A DNA stretch of 40,216 bases. Source: an uncultured bacterium. GTDB taxonomy: Bacteria > Fidelibacterota > Marinisomatia > SCGC-AAA003-L08 > GCA-002704045. The stretch's first letter is position 1. Every line of letters starts with the position of its first letter. The notes under the pieces are model-generated. The model was not told where the DNA came from, ran no database searches, and saw only the letters and a list, made by a program, of their open reading frames with translations. The stretch covers positions 761-40,976 of the forward strand of contig CAYTPF010000001.1 in assembly GCA_964439775.1 (NCBI GenBank). Direction: 5' to 3'. The translations under genes were made by a program, and so were the position numbers. This document shows, piece by piece, positions 1 to 12,000 of the stretch.

Positions 1-3000
1 CACCGCCATCGATCGTATCATCACCAGCACCGCCCGTGATCGTGTCGTCTCCGTCTTCACCCTCGAGGATATCGTCACCGGCACGGCCCTCGATCGTATC
101 GTCACCGTCATAGCCAAGGATCTCGTCGTCGCCGGCACCGCCATCAACAGTATCATCACCCGCACCAGCCTCGATGGCGTCGTCACCATCACCGCCATCA
201 ACAGTATCATTACCCGCACCAGCCTCGATGGTGTCATCACCGGAACCGCCCACAATGATGTTGTCCCCTTCATCACCGTAAACCGTGACCGGAACCGATC
301 CGACAATCGTGATGTTATCGGCCGCAACATCACCAGTCAGAACAAGCTGATTGAGAGAGGTGTCATGGGAGACCGTAATGTCTCCATCATCGAAGCGCAG
401 GGTCTCAACACCGGTCACCGTGTCGACGTCATTATTGACCGTATCTGTGATCGTGACCGTCAGGCCGTCAGCTGAAGACTCAAACGTGTAATCCGCCTGG
501 TTGCCGGCAAAGATTGCAATGTCATTATCTGCACCGCCATCGATCGTATCATCACCAGCACCGCCCGTGATCGTGTCGTCTCCGTCATTACCGTCGATGG
601 TGTCGTCGCCATCCTGGCCAAAAATCAAATCATCAATTGTATCGCCTTCAACCGTATCATCACCGGCGCCCGCTTTGATAGTGATAGGAATAGACCCAAC
701 GACCTGAATACTGTCAGGACCATTTGAGCCCGTCAGGACCATACCGTTTGCATCTAGCGATACACCGATATCACCGTCATCAAATCGCAGACTTTCAACA
801 CCTGTAATCGTGTCAACGAAGTTATTTCTGGTGTCGGTAACGTAAATCGTTAGGCCGTCTGAAGACGAAGCAAATTGGTAATCAGCCTGACTACCCGCAA
901 ATACAGCAGCATCAATCCCGTGGCCGCCAGATATCAGATCGTCGCCATCTCCACCAATCAGGGTGTCATGGCCACTTTCTCCAACGAGCGTGTCATCACC
1001 ATAGCCGCCGCTCAGGACATCACTGCCTTCGCCGCCCTCTATAACGTCGTCCCCGACATAACCATCAATGTTATCGCTGCCACCGGCGCCTCGGAGGAGA
1101 TCATCGCCGGCACCCCCGCGAAGATCATCGGCACCGCCGACACCGAGCACGGTAACCGGATGTGGGCCAATGACTTTAATACTATCCTCATTACCCGACC
1201 CTGTGAGAACGAGACCTTGGGCATCCTGAGATACCGCGATGTCACCATCATCGAACCGTAAGGTTTCAATACCCGTCACCGTATCAACATCGTTATTAAG
1301 CGTATCCGTGATCGTGATCGTCAGCCCATCTTCAGACGACGCAAATGTATAGTCAGACTGATCACCAGCGAATACGGCCGTATCAATATCTCCAACGATT
1401 TGGTCAACGCCGGTCTGAACATTATTCGCATCCGGTAACTTCGCAGCCACGAGTTCGTCGTAAACATACGTCGTCGTCACTTCATTAACGGTATTCGAGA
1501 TAAAGGCGTACAGCTTACCTGTTCCGGGCTCGCTGTAGACATCAACAGTGTGCGTGCTGTCGAGTTGATAGGCAGAAGTCTCCAGTGTCCAGCCATCGCC
1601 TACTGGGTCCATAGTCGTCGGGTTGCTTGAGCCATCGTCAGGCGCAACGACGTAACCATCCACGAGCGGCGTCAGCGTTTGCAGAACAGCATCGTAAAGG
1701 TGTTCATCGTTGTTGGTATCACTATAAATTGGCAGGTTATCTGCACGGACCGCCACAAACCCACCGTTGACTGGGTCTTCGGTCCAATAGTTGGTTCCGT
1801 CGTGATACAGGTCCGACTGGCGGGCTAGCATGTGCGTGCTGAATGAGGAAGTAGCGGAGTTCCAGTCCCAATTTTCCTGACTGACCGCCTGACCACCATC
1901 AACCAGCATCCAAACCGCACCTTCCGGCGTCTGTTGCTCAGAAACTTCACGATAAGTCACGGTCTCGCCGAGGCCTGCACCAAACTCCACGAAAGTTGTC
2001 GAATTGTAATCGTAAGCCGATACCGAAGACATGAATGTGACACTTTCACCAGTAACTTGTGTCAAACCTGTCGCGTCGGCCGGCGCTGTTCCAGCGTGAT
2101 GGTAGTCCGGACTATATGTCACCTGATAGGTTGAGAGGACATTCCCACCATCGATCGTGTCGTCGCCGGCACCGCCGGTAATGACGTCATCCCCCTTCCC
2201 ACCGAGAATTGTATCGTCGTCGGCGCCACCATCAATCGTATCAGCACCTCCTCCACCCTCGATGGCATCATTACCAGCACCACCTATAATATCGTCATCA
2301 CCGACCGAGCCCTTAAGAAGGTCGTCTCCGCCCCCACCGGCAATGATGTCAGCACCATCAACACCGAAGACGGTGACTGGGTTACTTCCTACAATTGTTA
2401 TTGTGTCTGTGCCTGTTGTGCCTGTGAGGACGAGACGATTGAGCGCGTCATCGTGGGAGACCGTAATGTCTCCATCGCTGAACCTCAGTGTCTCAACACC
2501 CCGGACCACATCTTTATCACCGGTGCCTACCTCGGTGACCGTCACCCTTAGACCATCTGAGGATGCCTCAAAGGTATAATCCGCCTGATTGCCAGCATAG
2601 ATAGAAATATCCTGTCCAAGCCCGCCCACAATCGCATCATTACCAGCACCGCCTGTGATGACATCATCGTCATCGCCACCATAAATTGTATCGCTACCAT
2701 CTCCGCCATAAATTTCATCGGCCCCTTGGTCACCGCTTATCTGGTCACCTCCAACACCGCCATAAATGAGATCCGCACCATCTCCTGCTGTCACATCGTC
2801 ATTTCCGGCGTTACCGAAGATCGTATCAACACCATCACCACCACTGATAATGTCATCGCCTTCGCCACCAATGATTTGATCGTCCCCGGCGTCACCCTGG
2901 ATTGTGTCGTTCCCGATATTACCTTTCAAAATGTCATTGCCGGCGCCACCATCCAGGTAATCATCTCCATGATAACCACTGATGGTGTCGTTTCCGTCTG

Positions 3001-6000
3001 CGCCATCCACGGAAATTCCGGTTGCTGTTTCGCTTTCCAACGTGAAGAAGTTCTCAGCTGGAATGATGCTTGCTTCTTGTCCGTCATAGGCCCACTCGAG
3101 GCGCATGCGATCACTGCCGTCTTCTTCGAACATTTCCAATTCGAAGGGATACAGACTTCCACTTTGCATCGTGAAGGTGCCTGAACTGCTATACGACTCG
3201 TTATCAGAGGAAACAGACTGGCTCCAGTTATTGAAGACCTCCGTACCCCCGATCGTTAGCCGGGCGCCATCATCATGGTAACCGTGGAAAGTGATCTCTC
3301 CATCAGCGGGCGCCTGAATAAGACCCGTCCACCTTACGGCAATATCACTATATGCACGGGTCAGCGTAATAGTATCGATGCCTTCGCCGAGATTGATGAG
3401 AGAGTAGTCGTCGACACCTGTGAATGTGAATGAGGAGTTGAGATCATCACCGAGGGTTGTGGCGACACCTTTGGTTCCGTCGGCGGAGAAGCGCTGGGCC
3501 CGGATGTCGTAGCTGGAGCCGCCGCTATGGCCGCTGCTGTCCTGCCAGGTGACCACGAAACCACCATCGACGAGGGCGGTAACCGACGGCTCACTCTGGG
3601 TGCTGCTATTATATGTGTTAACCCGGAACTCATCGTTGAACGGGGTTCCATCAGCGTTATAGATCTGGCCACGGATATCTGAGGATCCGTCGTTGTACCA
3701 GGTCACGACGAAACCACCATCGGCAAGCCCGGTTACGGAAGGCGTATATTGATTATTGGAGATATAATCGCTGACAATCGGCATCTCATCGCCGACCGGG
3801 CTTCCGGCGGCATCGTAGCGCTGACCCATGATGGTATATGAGTGGTGTTGGTCGCCGTAGTAGGACGCGTAAGTGACGATAAAGCCGCCGTCACTCAAGT
3901 CTGCAACCGACGGCGCATACTGAGTGTGATAGGTGCCGTCATTGACCCGGAAATCAGACCCGGCTTCTACCGGTGTCGTCAGCGCATCACCATTGGCATC
4001 CTTGGTGGTGAAGATCTGCGCCCGGATATCATCGCTTGAGCCTGTCGTTGCGTCGTCGCCGCTCTTATCATGAGAGCTGCCCTGAGAATCCCGCCAGGTG
4101 ACCACGAACTGGCCGTTACCAAGTCCGGCGACCGAAGGCTCATACTGAGAGCCGGTGTCCGCATCGGCATTGATCAGGAACTCATCGCCCACCTTGACAG
4201 AGTTGGCATCAAAGCGCTGGCCGAAGACATCGACACCGGAGCCCTCACGGGAATCTGTGGCACCATTGTTATCGCGCCAGGTCACGACAAAGCCGCCGTC
4301 ATCGAGACTGGCGATTGACGGATCGTACTGATCGTCGTCAATCGTCGTATGGATCTGGAACTCGCCACCCTGTGGCTCGCCGGAGGCACTGTAGTGCTGG
4401 CCGTAGACACCGTAGCTGCTGCCCGCATCTTGGTACCGCGAGCCCCAGGTGATGACATAACTGCCGTCTTCGAGGCTCGTGACTTCCGGGTTCCTCTGGG
4501 TGTGACCCGTGTGGGTGTTGACCCGGTACTCGCCGCCAATGGGATCGCCGAGAATATTATAGTTCTGGGCATAGACGTCGTCCCGGTTCTCATCGTACCA
4601 GGTGGTGACAAAGTTGCCGTCACCATAGGCGCTCACCGAAGGATTGTGCTGGTCCCCACTGATGTTGGCATTGACCATGAACTCGCCGGTCTCGGTGACC
4701 GAAACCGTCAGTTCAGCGCCGTCGTCAAAACGGAGCATCTCGATGTCATACAGGGTATCGGTACCCTCGTTACCGTCCGCGACATTAAGATCGGTCACCG
4801 TCATCGTGGCGAGATTGATGGCGTAATCAGAAGCGTCCCCAAGGAACGTGGCAACGTCATACCCTTCGCCACCGCGGAGGATGTCGTCACCAAGGCCACC
4901 GCTCAGAATATTGTCGTTGGCATTGCCGAAGATCTCGTTGTCGGTCGCGCTACCGATACCAGTTATTGACAGCTCGCCGCTGAGATACAGCTCTTCGACG
5001 TTGTCCCAAAGGGTCGTCGTCTCGAGCGCCGAGTAGACGGTATCGATGCCACCGTTGGCACGCTCGATAACCGTATCATTGAGGTCGGCTTCGCTGATGC
5101 TGTACGTATCGTTACCGTCGCCACCCTCCAGCATATCCGATCCGGCACCGCCGCTCAGGAAGTCATGCCCGGCGCCGCCCTCAAGCGTGTCGTCACCGAT
5201 GTTGCCGGTTAGGACATCGTTACCGGAACCGCCGACCAGCTGATCATCGCCAGTTGCGCCATACAGATGATCGTTGCCGGTACCACCATCCACATAGACG
5301 CCGGCATCACCCTTGACTTGAACAAAGTCATTGCCGCCACCCAGATCGACCGTCTCAACATTCGTCACCGTCAGCGTATCCCGGGCATCCCCGAAGGTCA
5401 GGGTATCGATGCCGGCACCAAGATCGACATTGAGGCCGAGCTGACCATCGGCCAGGAAGATGTCTTCATTGGCAGCTGTGCCGGTCAGTTCGGCCTGGCT
5501 CGCCGGCGTACCGTCGCTGTCGAACCGTCTGGAGAACACGCCGTAGCTGTGATCATAGCTGCCGGAACTGTTCGGGCTGTCCCTGTAATCGGACATCCAC
5601 GAAACCGCAAATCCGCCATCGGCAAGAGCCGCAATCGAGGGCTGGTTTGAATTGTATGAATTATCGGGATCAACTTCGATCTCGCCGCCGACCTTGGTGC
5701 CGTCCGCATTGAAGACCTGGGCTCTGATATCGTCATTATTGCCGTTGTACCAGACGGCGACAAAGTTGCCGTTGGTCAGCGTGGCAACGTAAGCGTCACT
5801 CTGAGTACTGTTGGTCGTCGAGTTGATCTGGAACTGATCCCCCGACATGGATACGGCGTCTTCGCCTTCAACGTTGCTGGTGGTAAACACCTGGCCGAAG
5901 ACACCCCAACCGCTGGTGTCCGTACCCGGACGGTTGGCATGGGTCGTCTCATCTCCCCAGGTAACGACAAACTGACCGTTGTCGAGCCCGGTGACATCCA

Positions 6001-9000
6001 CTTGGGACTGATTGCCGCTCGTCCAGGTATTGACGGGGAACTCATCACCACGAACCTCACCGTCCGAACCGTAGCGTTGGCCACGAATACCATAGCCAGA
6101 AGTATCGTCGCTATCTTGCGAGGTATTGTCTTGCCAGGTGATGACAAACCCGCCATCCGACAGAGAGGCCACCGCCGGATGGGTCTGCTCTCCTGACGTA
6201 TAGGTATTGACCCGGAACTCACTACCGGAAGGTGTGCCATTAGCATCGTAACGTTGGCCATAAATACCGTAGTCGCTGCTACCCGTATCCTGGTAGCGCG
6301 AGTGCCAGGTGACCACATAGCCGCCGTCAGCCAACGCCGTGACTTCCGGTCCTGTCTGATCGTCGTAAGTCTGGGTATTGATCAGAACTTCCGGACCCTG
6401 AGCAACACCGCTGGCATTATAGAGCTGGCCGCGCACATCCCAGCTCTCTCCACCACCAATCTGATTGTTAGAGCCACTGCTGTCCTGCCAAGTGATGAAG
6501 AAGCCGCCGTTCTCAAGACCGGTAACTTCCGCCCGCTCCTGTTCGTTCCCTGTCCAGGTATTGACCTGGAACTCTTCGCCAAGAGGTTGGCCGCTGGCGC
6601 CATAGCGCTGGGCAAAGACACCGTCACCGGAGCCGTCCTGATTATAGGATTCCCAAGTAACGACATAACCGCCGTCGGTCAGTCCGGCCATGGACGGCTG
6701 CTGTTGGTGGCCTTCAATGTAGGTATTGACCTGGAACTCTTCGCTGTCTGTCGACGTAAACGTGACTTCGGTTCCGTCACCGAAGCGGACGCTCTCAATA
6801 TCTCTGAGCGTATCCGTACCGCCGTCACCGTCTGCGGTGTTGGCGTCGATGATCTGGCTGTTGGTTACGTCGACCCTGTACGCGTCCGCATCACCCTCGA
6901 AGACGGCGACATCGTCACCCTCGCCACCGTCCAGCACATCGTCACCAAGGCCTCCGACAAGCGTATCGTCGCCAGCCTGACCCTGCAGATGATCGGCACC
7001 GTCGCCACCCGACAAGACATCACCACCAACGCCGCCAATCAGAAGGTCATCGCCGTCATCGCCGTAGACCGATGAGCCAATCTTTGCCGTGCCGGAGACG
7101 ACAATCTCCGCATTAAACGTATCCTGCGTAACACTGGCACTGCCCAGGGTTACGGTCTGAACCGCGTTATCACTGAGCGTTCCACCATCAGTTGCGGTTG
7201 CAGTCAGAGCAAACGACGTACCCTCACCCGCGCTCAGAATAACTTCGTTAACACCGCCGCCGGTCGTCGCCGTTACGTCGAGCCCGGCTCCGTTCACGGC
7301 CGACACCAACTGTTCTCTGACATCGGTCATGGTGTCGCCGGCGACCGCCGTGTACGTCACATCCTGATCATCAAGGGTCAGCGTGTAGCTATCGCCCGCT
7401 TCAATGTCGCCGAACAGACGAACCGCTTCGAGGGTGGAGCCGGTGATATCCGCTGACTGGGCCGAAGAAGCAAACGTGACGGGGGCACCGCTGGCATCGA
7501 AACGGTGGCCGTAAATGCCGTAGCCATTGCCATCCTGTCCGGCCGATTCCCAACTGACGAGGAAGCCGCCATCCACAAGAGCCGTCACCGACGGATCCTG
7601 CTGGCTTCCCTGGGTCTCTGCATTGACCCGGAACTCACCACCGACCTCGACACCTTGGCTGTTGTAAAGCTGGCCATAGACGCCGTAGCCGCCGCCGTCC
7701 TGCATGCTCGACCAGGTTACGACAAAGCCCGCATCCGTCCCGGTCAGGCCGGTGACGTCGTGCATCTTCTGGTCGCCGGCAATCTCTGTATTGGCCAGGA
7801 ACTCACCGCCGACCTTGTTGCCGTTCTGATCAAATACCTGACCCTGAATGTCGTAACCGCTGCCGTCATTGCTGGTGGTGTTGTCTTCCCAGGTAACGAC
7901 GAAGCCGCCGCCGTCCAGGCGGGCAACCTCAGGCTGATAACTTGAGCTGTGCTGACTGACTTCGAACTCGCCGCCTTGTGGGCTGCCGTCCCGGTCAAAG
8001 ATCTGGGCGAAGGTCTTGTTGTGGCTGTCGGAATACCACGTCACCACAAACCCGCCACCATCCAGATCCGTAACGGATTGCTGATACTGGTTGCTGGAAG
8101 TCGTGGTATTGACCCGGAACTCATAGCTCTCGGCTTCGCCTTCCGCATCATACATCTTGCCGTAGACGCCCCAGGTGTTGCTCGAGTCCTGGTAGTAGGA
8201 ATCCCAGGTGACAACGAAGCCGCCGTTATCAAGCGCCGCAATCGAGGGCTCCTGCTGATCCCGATTGGTGTACGTGTTGACCTGGAACTCGTCACCCTTC
8301 GCCGTTCCGTCGGCACCGAACCGCTGACCGAAGATACCGTTGTAGCTATCGTTCTGGCCCTGCTCTTGATAGGTGCCCTGCCAGGTGACGACAAAGTCAC
8401 CGCTCTTCAGTGCCGTGACACTCGGTTTAGTTTGCTGTGCGCTCGAGTTCGAATTGTACGTATGGACCTGGAACTCACCGCCCAGCATCGCGCCGTCGGC
8501 ACTATGGAGTTGCCCGTAGATCCCGTATCCGCTGCCGTCCTGGCTCTCGGATTCCCAAGTCGTCACAAAATTGCCGTCTTCCAGACGCGTCGTCGACGGG
8601 TTCTGCTGATCGCCATCAGTATAGGTGTTGATCTGGAACTCGTTGGCGCCCGATACCATGGACGTCAGCACCAGTTCGCTGGCGCTATCGCCACCGCCGG
8701 CCGTGACCATGGATGCCGCCTGGGCATCGGTATTGATTGCGCCCACCAGGCCGGCCCGGACCTCGACAAGCGTGTCACCCGGCTGTGTCTCATAGCTGAC
8801 GTCATGGCCGTTAACGGTGACCGTGTAGATATCCCGGACCTCACCCGAAAGCGTGATCTTGCTGACCTGGCTCGCCACCACGGTTCCGTCGATCGTCACC
8901 ATGTCATCGCCGTCACCTGCATTGACGATCTCGGTATCGCGGACGATCGCCGAATCGTCACCATCACCGAGAGTGATGGTGTCGTTGCCGGCGCCAAGAT

Positions 9001-12000
9001 CGATCAGCAGGTTGGTCGCACTCGCAACCGCCTCCGTATCGTCACCGTCCGTTCCGGTGTACAGCGTCATCTCCGCCGGCGTCGCACCCGGCGTATCGCC
9101 GGTCATGCTGACATCGAAGCGCTGACCGTAAATACCGTAACCCGAACCATCCTGACCGCTGGATTCCCAGGTGACCATGAAGCCGCCATCGGCAAGAGAG
9201 GCTACCGACGGGTCGACCTGCTGGCTCGAAATATAGGTGTTGGCCATGAACTCGTCGCCAACCGGCGTGCCCGTGATGTCGAACAACTGACCGCGAATAT
9301 CCGAGCTGGATCCACCGTTCTGGCCACTGTCGTCCTGCCAGGTGACAACAAAGCCAGCGTTCGTGCCCTCAAGAGCCGTCACCGACGGCAGGTACTGGGA
9401 ACTGCTGGTCCAGGTGTTGATCCGGAAATCCCCACCCAGGGCCTCCGGCGTTGTTAACGCATCACCATTATCGTCAACCGTGGTAAAGATCTGGCCGCGA
9501 ACGTCGTAGCTGGAACCCGTTGTGCTGTCGTTATCGTTCGTGTCGTGGTAGCTGCCATGGTCATCACGCCAGGTAACGATGAACTTACCATTGCCGAGAT
9601 CAGCCATCGCCGGCTCGTACTGCGCGCCGCTGTCCGCATCGGCATTGACCAGGAAGTCCTCGCCGACCTTCTCACCCGCCGCATCAAAGCGCTGACCAAA
9701 GACATCAATACCGCTGCCGCCATCATGGCTGCCGCCATTGTTATCACGCCAGGTGACGACAAAGCCGCCGTCCGACAGAGAGGTAATCGCCGGATCATAC
9801 TGACTGCCCGACGTATAAGTGTTCACCAGAATCTCGTCGGCGGACACAATCGGCGTATCGACCGGATTGCCGTCCGCATCCGTCACGCTCACAATCTTGG
9901 CGAAGATGTCGTGGCTGGAGCCGCCACGTGAACCCGCGTTGCCGTCGTCATCGCGCCAGGCCACCGCAAAATTACCATCCGCAAGTGCCGTGATCGAACC
10001 TTCGTACTGGCTGCCGGAGGTATAGGTATTGACGATAAACTCACTGCCCTGCGCCGATCCCGTTGCATCATAGCGCTGACCAAAGACGCCGTAGTCCCAG
10101 CCACCGGCGTCATAGAGACCGTCCCAGGTAATGACGAAGCCGCCGTCCTCGAGCGCCGTGATATCTGGCCGCTGCTGATAATAATAAGTCTTCGTATTGA
10201 CCTGGAAGCTCTCGCCCGAGGGCAATCCGGAAGGTCCGTACACCTGGGCGTAGATGCCCTGCTGACTACCATCCTCGCCATAGGAATCCCAGGTCACCAC
10301 GTAGCCGCCGTCGGCAAGGCCGGTAACCGCCGGGTTGAGCTGGTCATTCATGCCATAGGACGTATTGACCTGGAACTCTTCCAGGGTCTCGGTCGTATAA
10401 CCGGCGGTCTGCGTCGTCGAGCCTGTATCGGTCGTCGTCGTCGTCGTCGAACCGCTGCCCGATCCCGCACCTTGCGCCGCCAGAGCATCTACCGCGTCCG
10501 CTTGCGCCGAAACCGCAGCCGCATCAACCGCTTCACCCGCCTGCGCCGCGCCACTTTGTTGCGCGGCAACGCCGCTCGCCGAAAGCGCGGCATCGGGAGC
10601 CGATACTTGATAGTCGGTCACCGTGACCAGGCCGCTGAGCGTCGTCACAGCACTATCCGCCGTGTGTGTCAGGGTCGTGTCAGTACCATCGTCCCCAATC
10701 GCGTAGTCGCCGTCATCAAACCGCAGCGTCTCGATGCCATAGAGCGTATCGGCATCGCCGGCGCTATCCGTCACCGTCAGGACGCCGGCCTCGACCGTCA
10801 CCGTGTAGTCCGTGAAGTTCCCGCCGAAGATCGCGATATCGGCGTCCGCACCCCCAGCAAGGATGTCACGGCCTTCACCACCAATCAGGGTATCGTCGCC
10901 GTCACCGCCGACCACCGTGTCGTCGCCGCCGCCACCACGGACGAAGTCGTTACCATCACCGCCCTGGAGAATGTCATCGCTGTCGCCGCCGTAAAGGGCA
11001 TCGTTCCCGGCTTCACCGTCAACCCGCGCACCAAGCGCATCACCGGCGCTGAACACCTGGGTCGCATTTAGTGCGCCAGCACCCGTCGCATCCACCGACA
11101 GACTGAACTGCTGCGGCTCACCATTGGCATCAAAGCGGCGGGCGTAGATATCTGTGCTTGAACCGCCACGGTCGCCGCCGCTGCCATCATGATCGGCCCA
11201 GGAAATCAGGAAGCCGCCGTCGTCAAGCCTACTGATTGTCTGCTCGTTCTGCGTCCCCGAAAGATGCTCATCGTTGGCGACAATCTCATCACCAACCTTC
11301 TGAGGCGTGCCGCTGACCGGATTACCATTAGCATCCGTGGTCGAGAAGGCCTGGCCGTAGACGTCTCCATTCCAGTAATACCAGGCAACGGCAAAGCCTT
11401 CGTCTGTAGCCGTAACCTCGGGATATGCCATATGGATGTCCATCGAGGTATTGATCCGGAACTCGTCACCGTCCGGGGCCCCGGTTGCGTCGTAGCGCTG
11501 ACCGAAGACACCGTAATGGGAGCCGCCATCAACGCTCGAATGGGTCGAATGGCTGGTCCAGGTGACAACGAAACCGCCGTCATCAAGCGAGGCAACCGAC
11601 GGGTATTCCTGGGTTCCCGATTTGGAATTGATGACCGTACCGTTGCTATTCTGCGTTGCGCCGTCGCCGCTGGCGTTGACCAGAAACTCGTCAATGCCCA
11701 CAACCGGTGTGTCTACCGGGCCGTTACTGCCATCCGTGGTCGTGAATGTCTTGGCAAAAATATCGTGACTGGATCCCTCGCGACCATCCGCACTGCCGTC
11801 TGAATCTTCCCAGGTCACCACAAAGCCATCACCGTGCGCGGCTATCGAGGAGTGGTACTGGGTCCCGCCGGCGTAGCTGTTGACCAGGAACTCGGCACCC
11901 ACTTCCGTACCCGTCGCGTCATAGCGCTGACCGTACACATCCGTGCCACTTCCTGGGTCTGCATTATTGCTGCCTTCGTTATCACCCCAAAGGATGACAA

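Noticed and set aside
2157-2579. Pro/Ser-rich plus-strand ORFs (..SSPAPPVMTSSPFPP..; also 501-707, 10812-10994, 20514-20822 and 38607-38837).
   Set aside because: They occur only over RTX nonapeptide runs and are the antisense out-of-phase reading of GGxGxD codons (GGT/GGC/GAC/GAT read as ACC/GCC/GTC/ATC and shifted). They are a repeat artefact, not proline-rich proteins.
10430-10447. The trinucleotide (ACG)n Thr run as a phase-variation switch.
   Set aside because: Unit changes of a trinucleotide repeat stay in frame and cannot switch expression on or off. The run is also short (six Thr codons). At most it is a length polymorphism.
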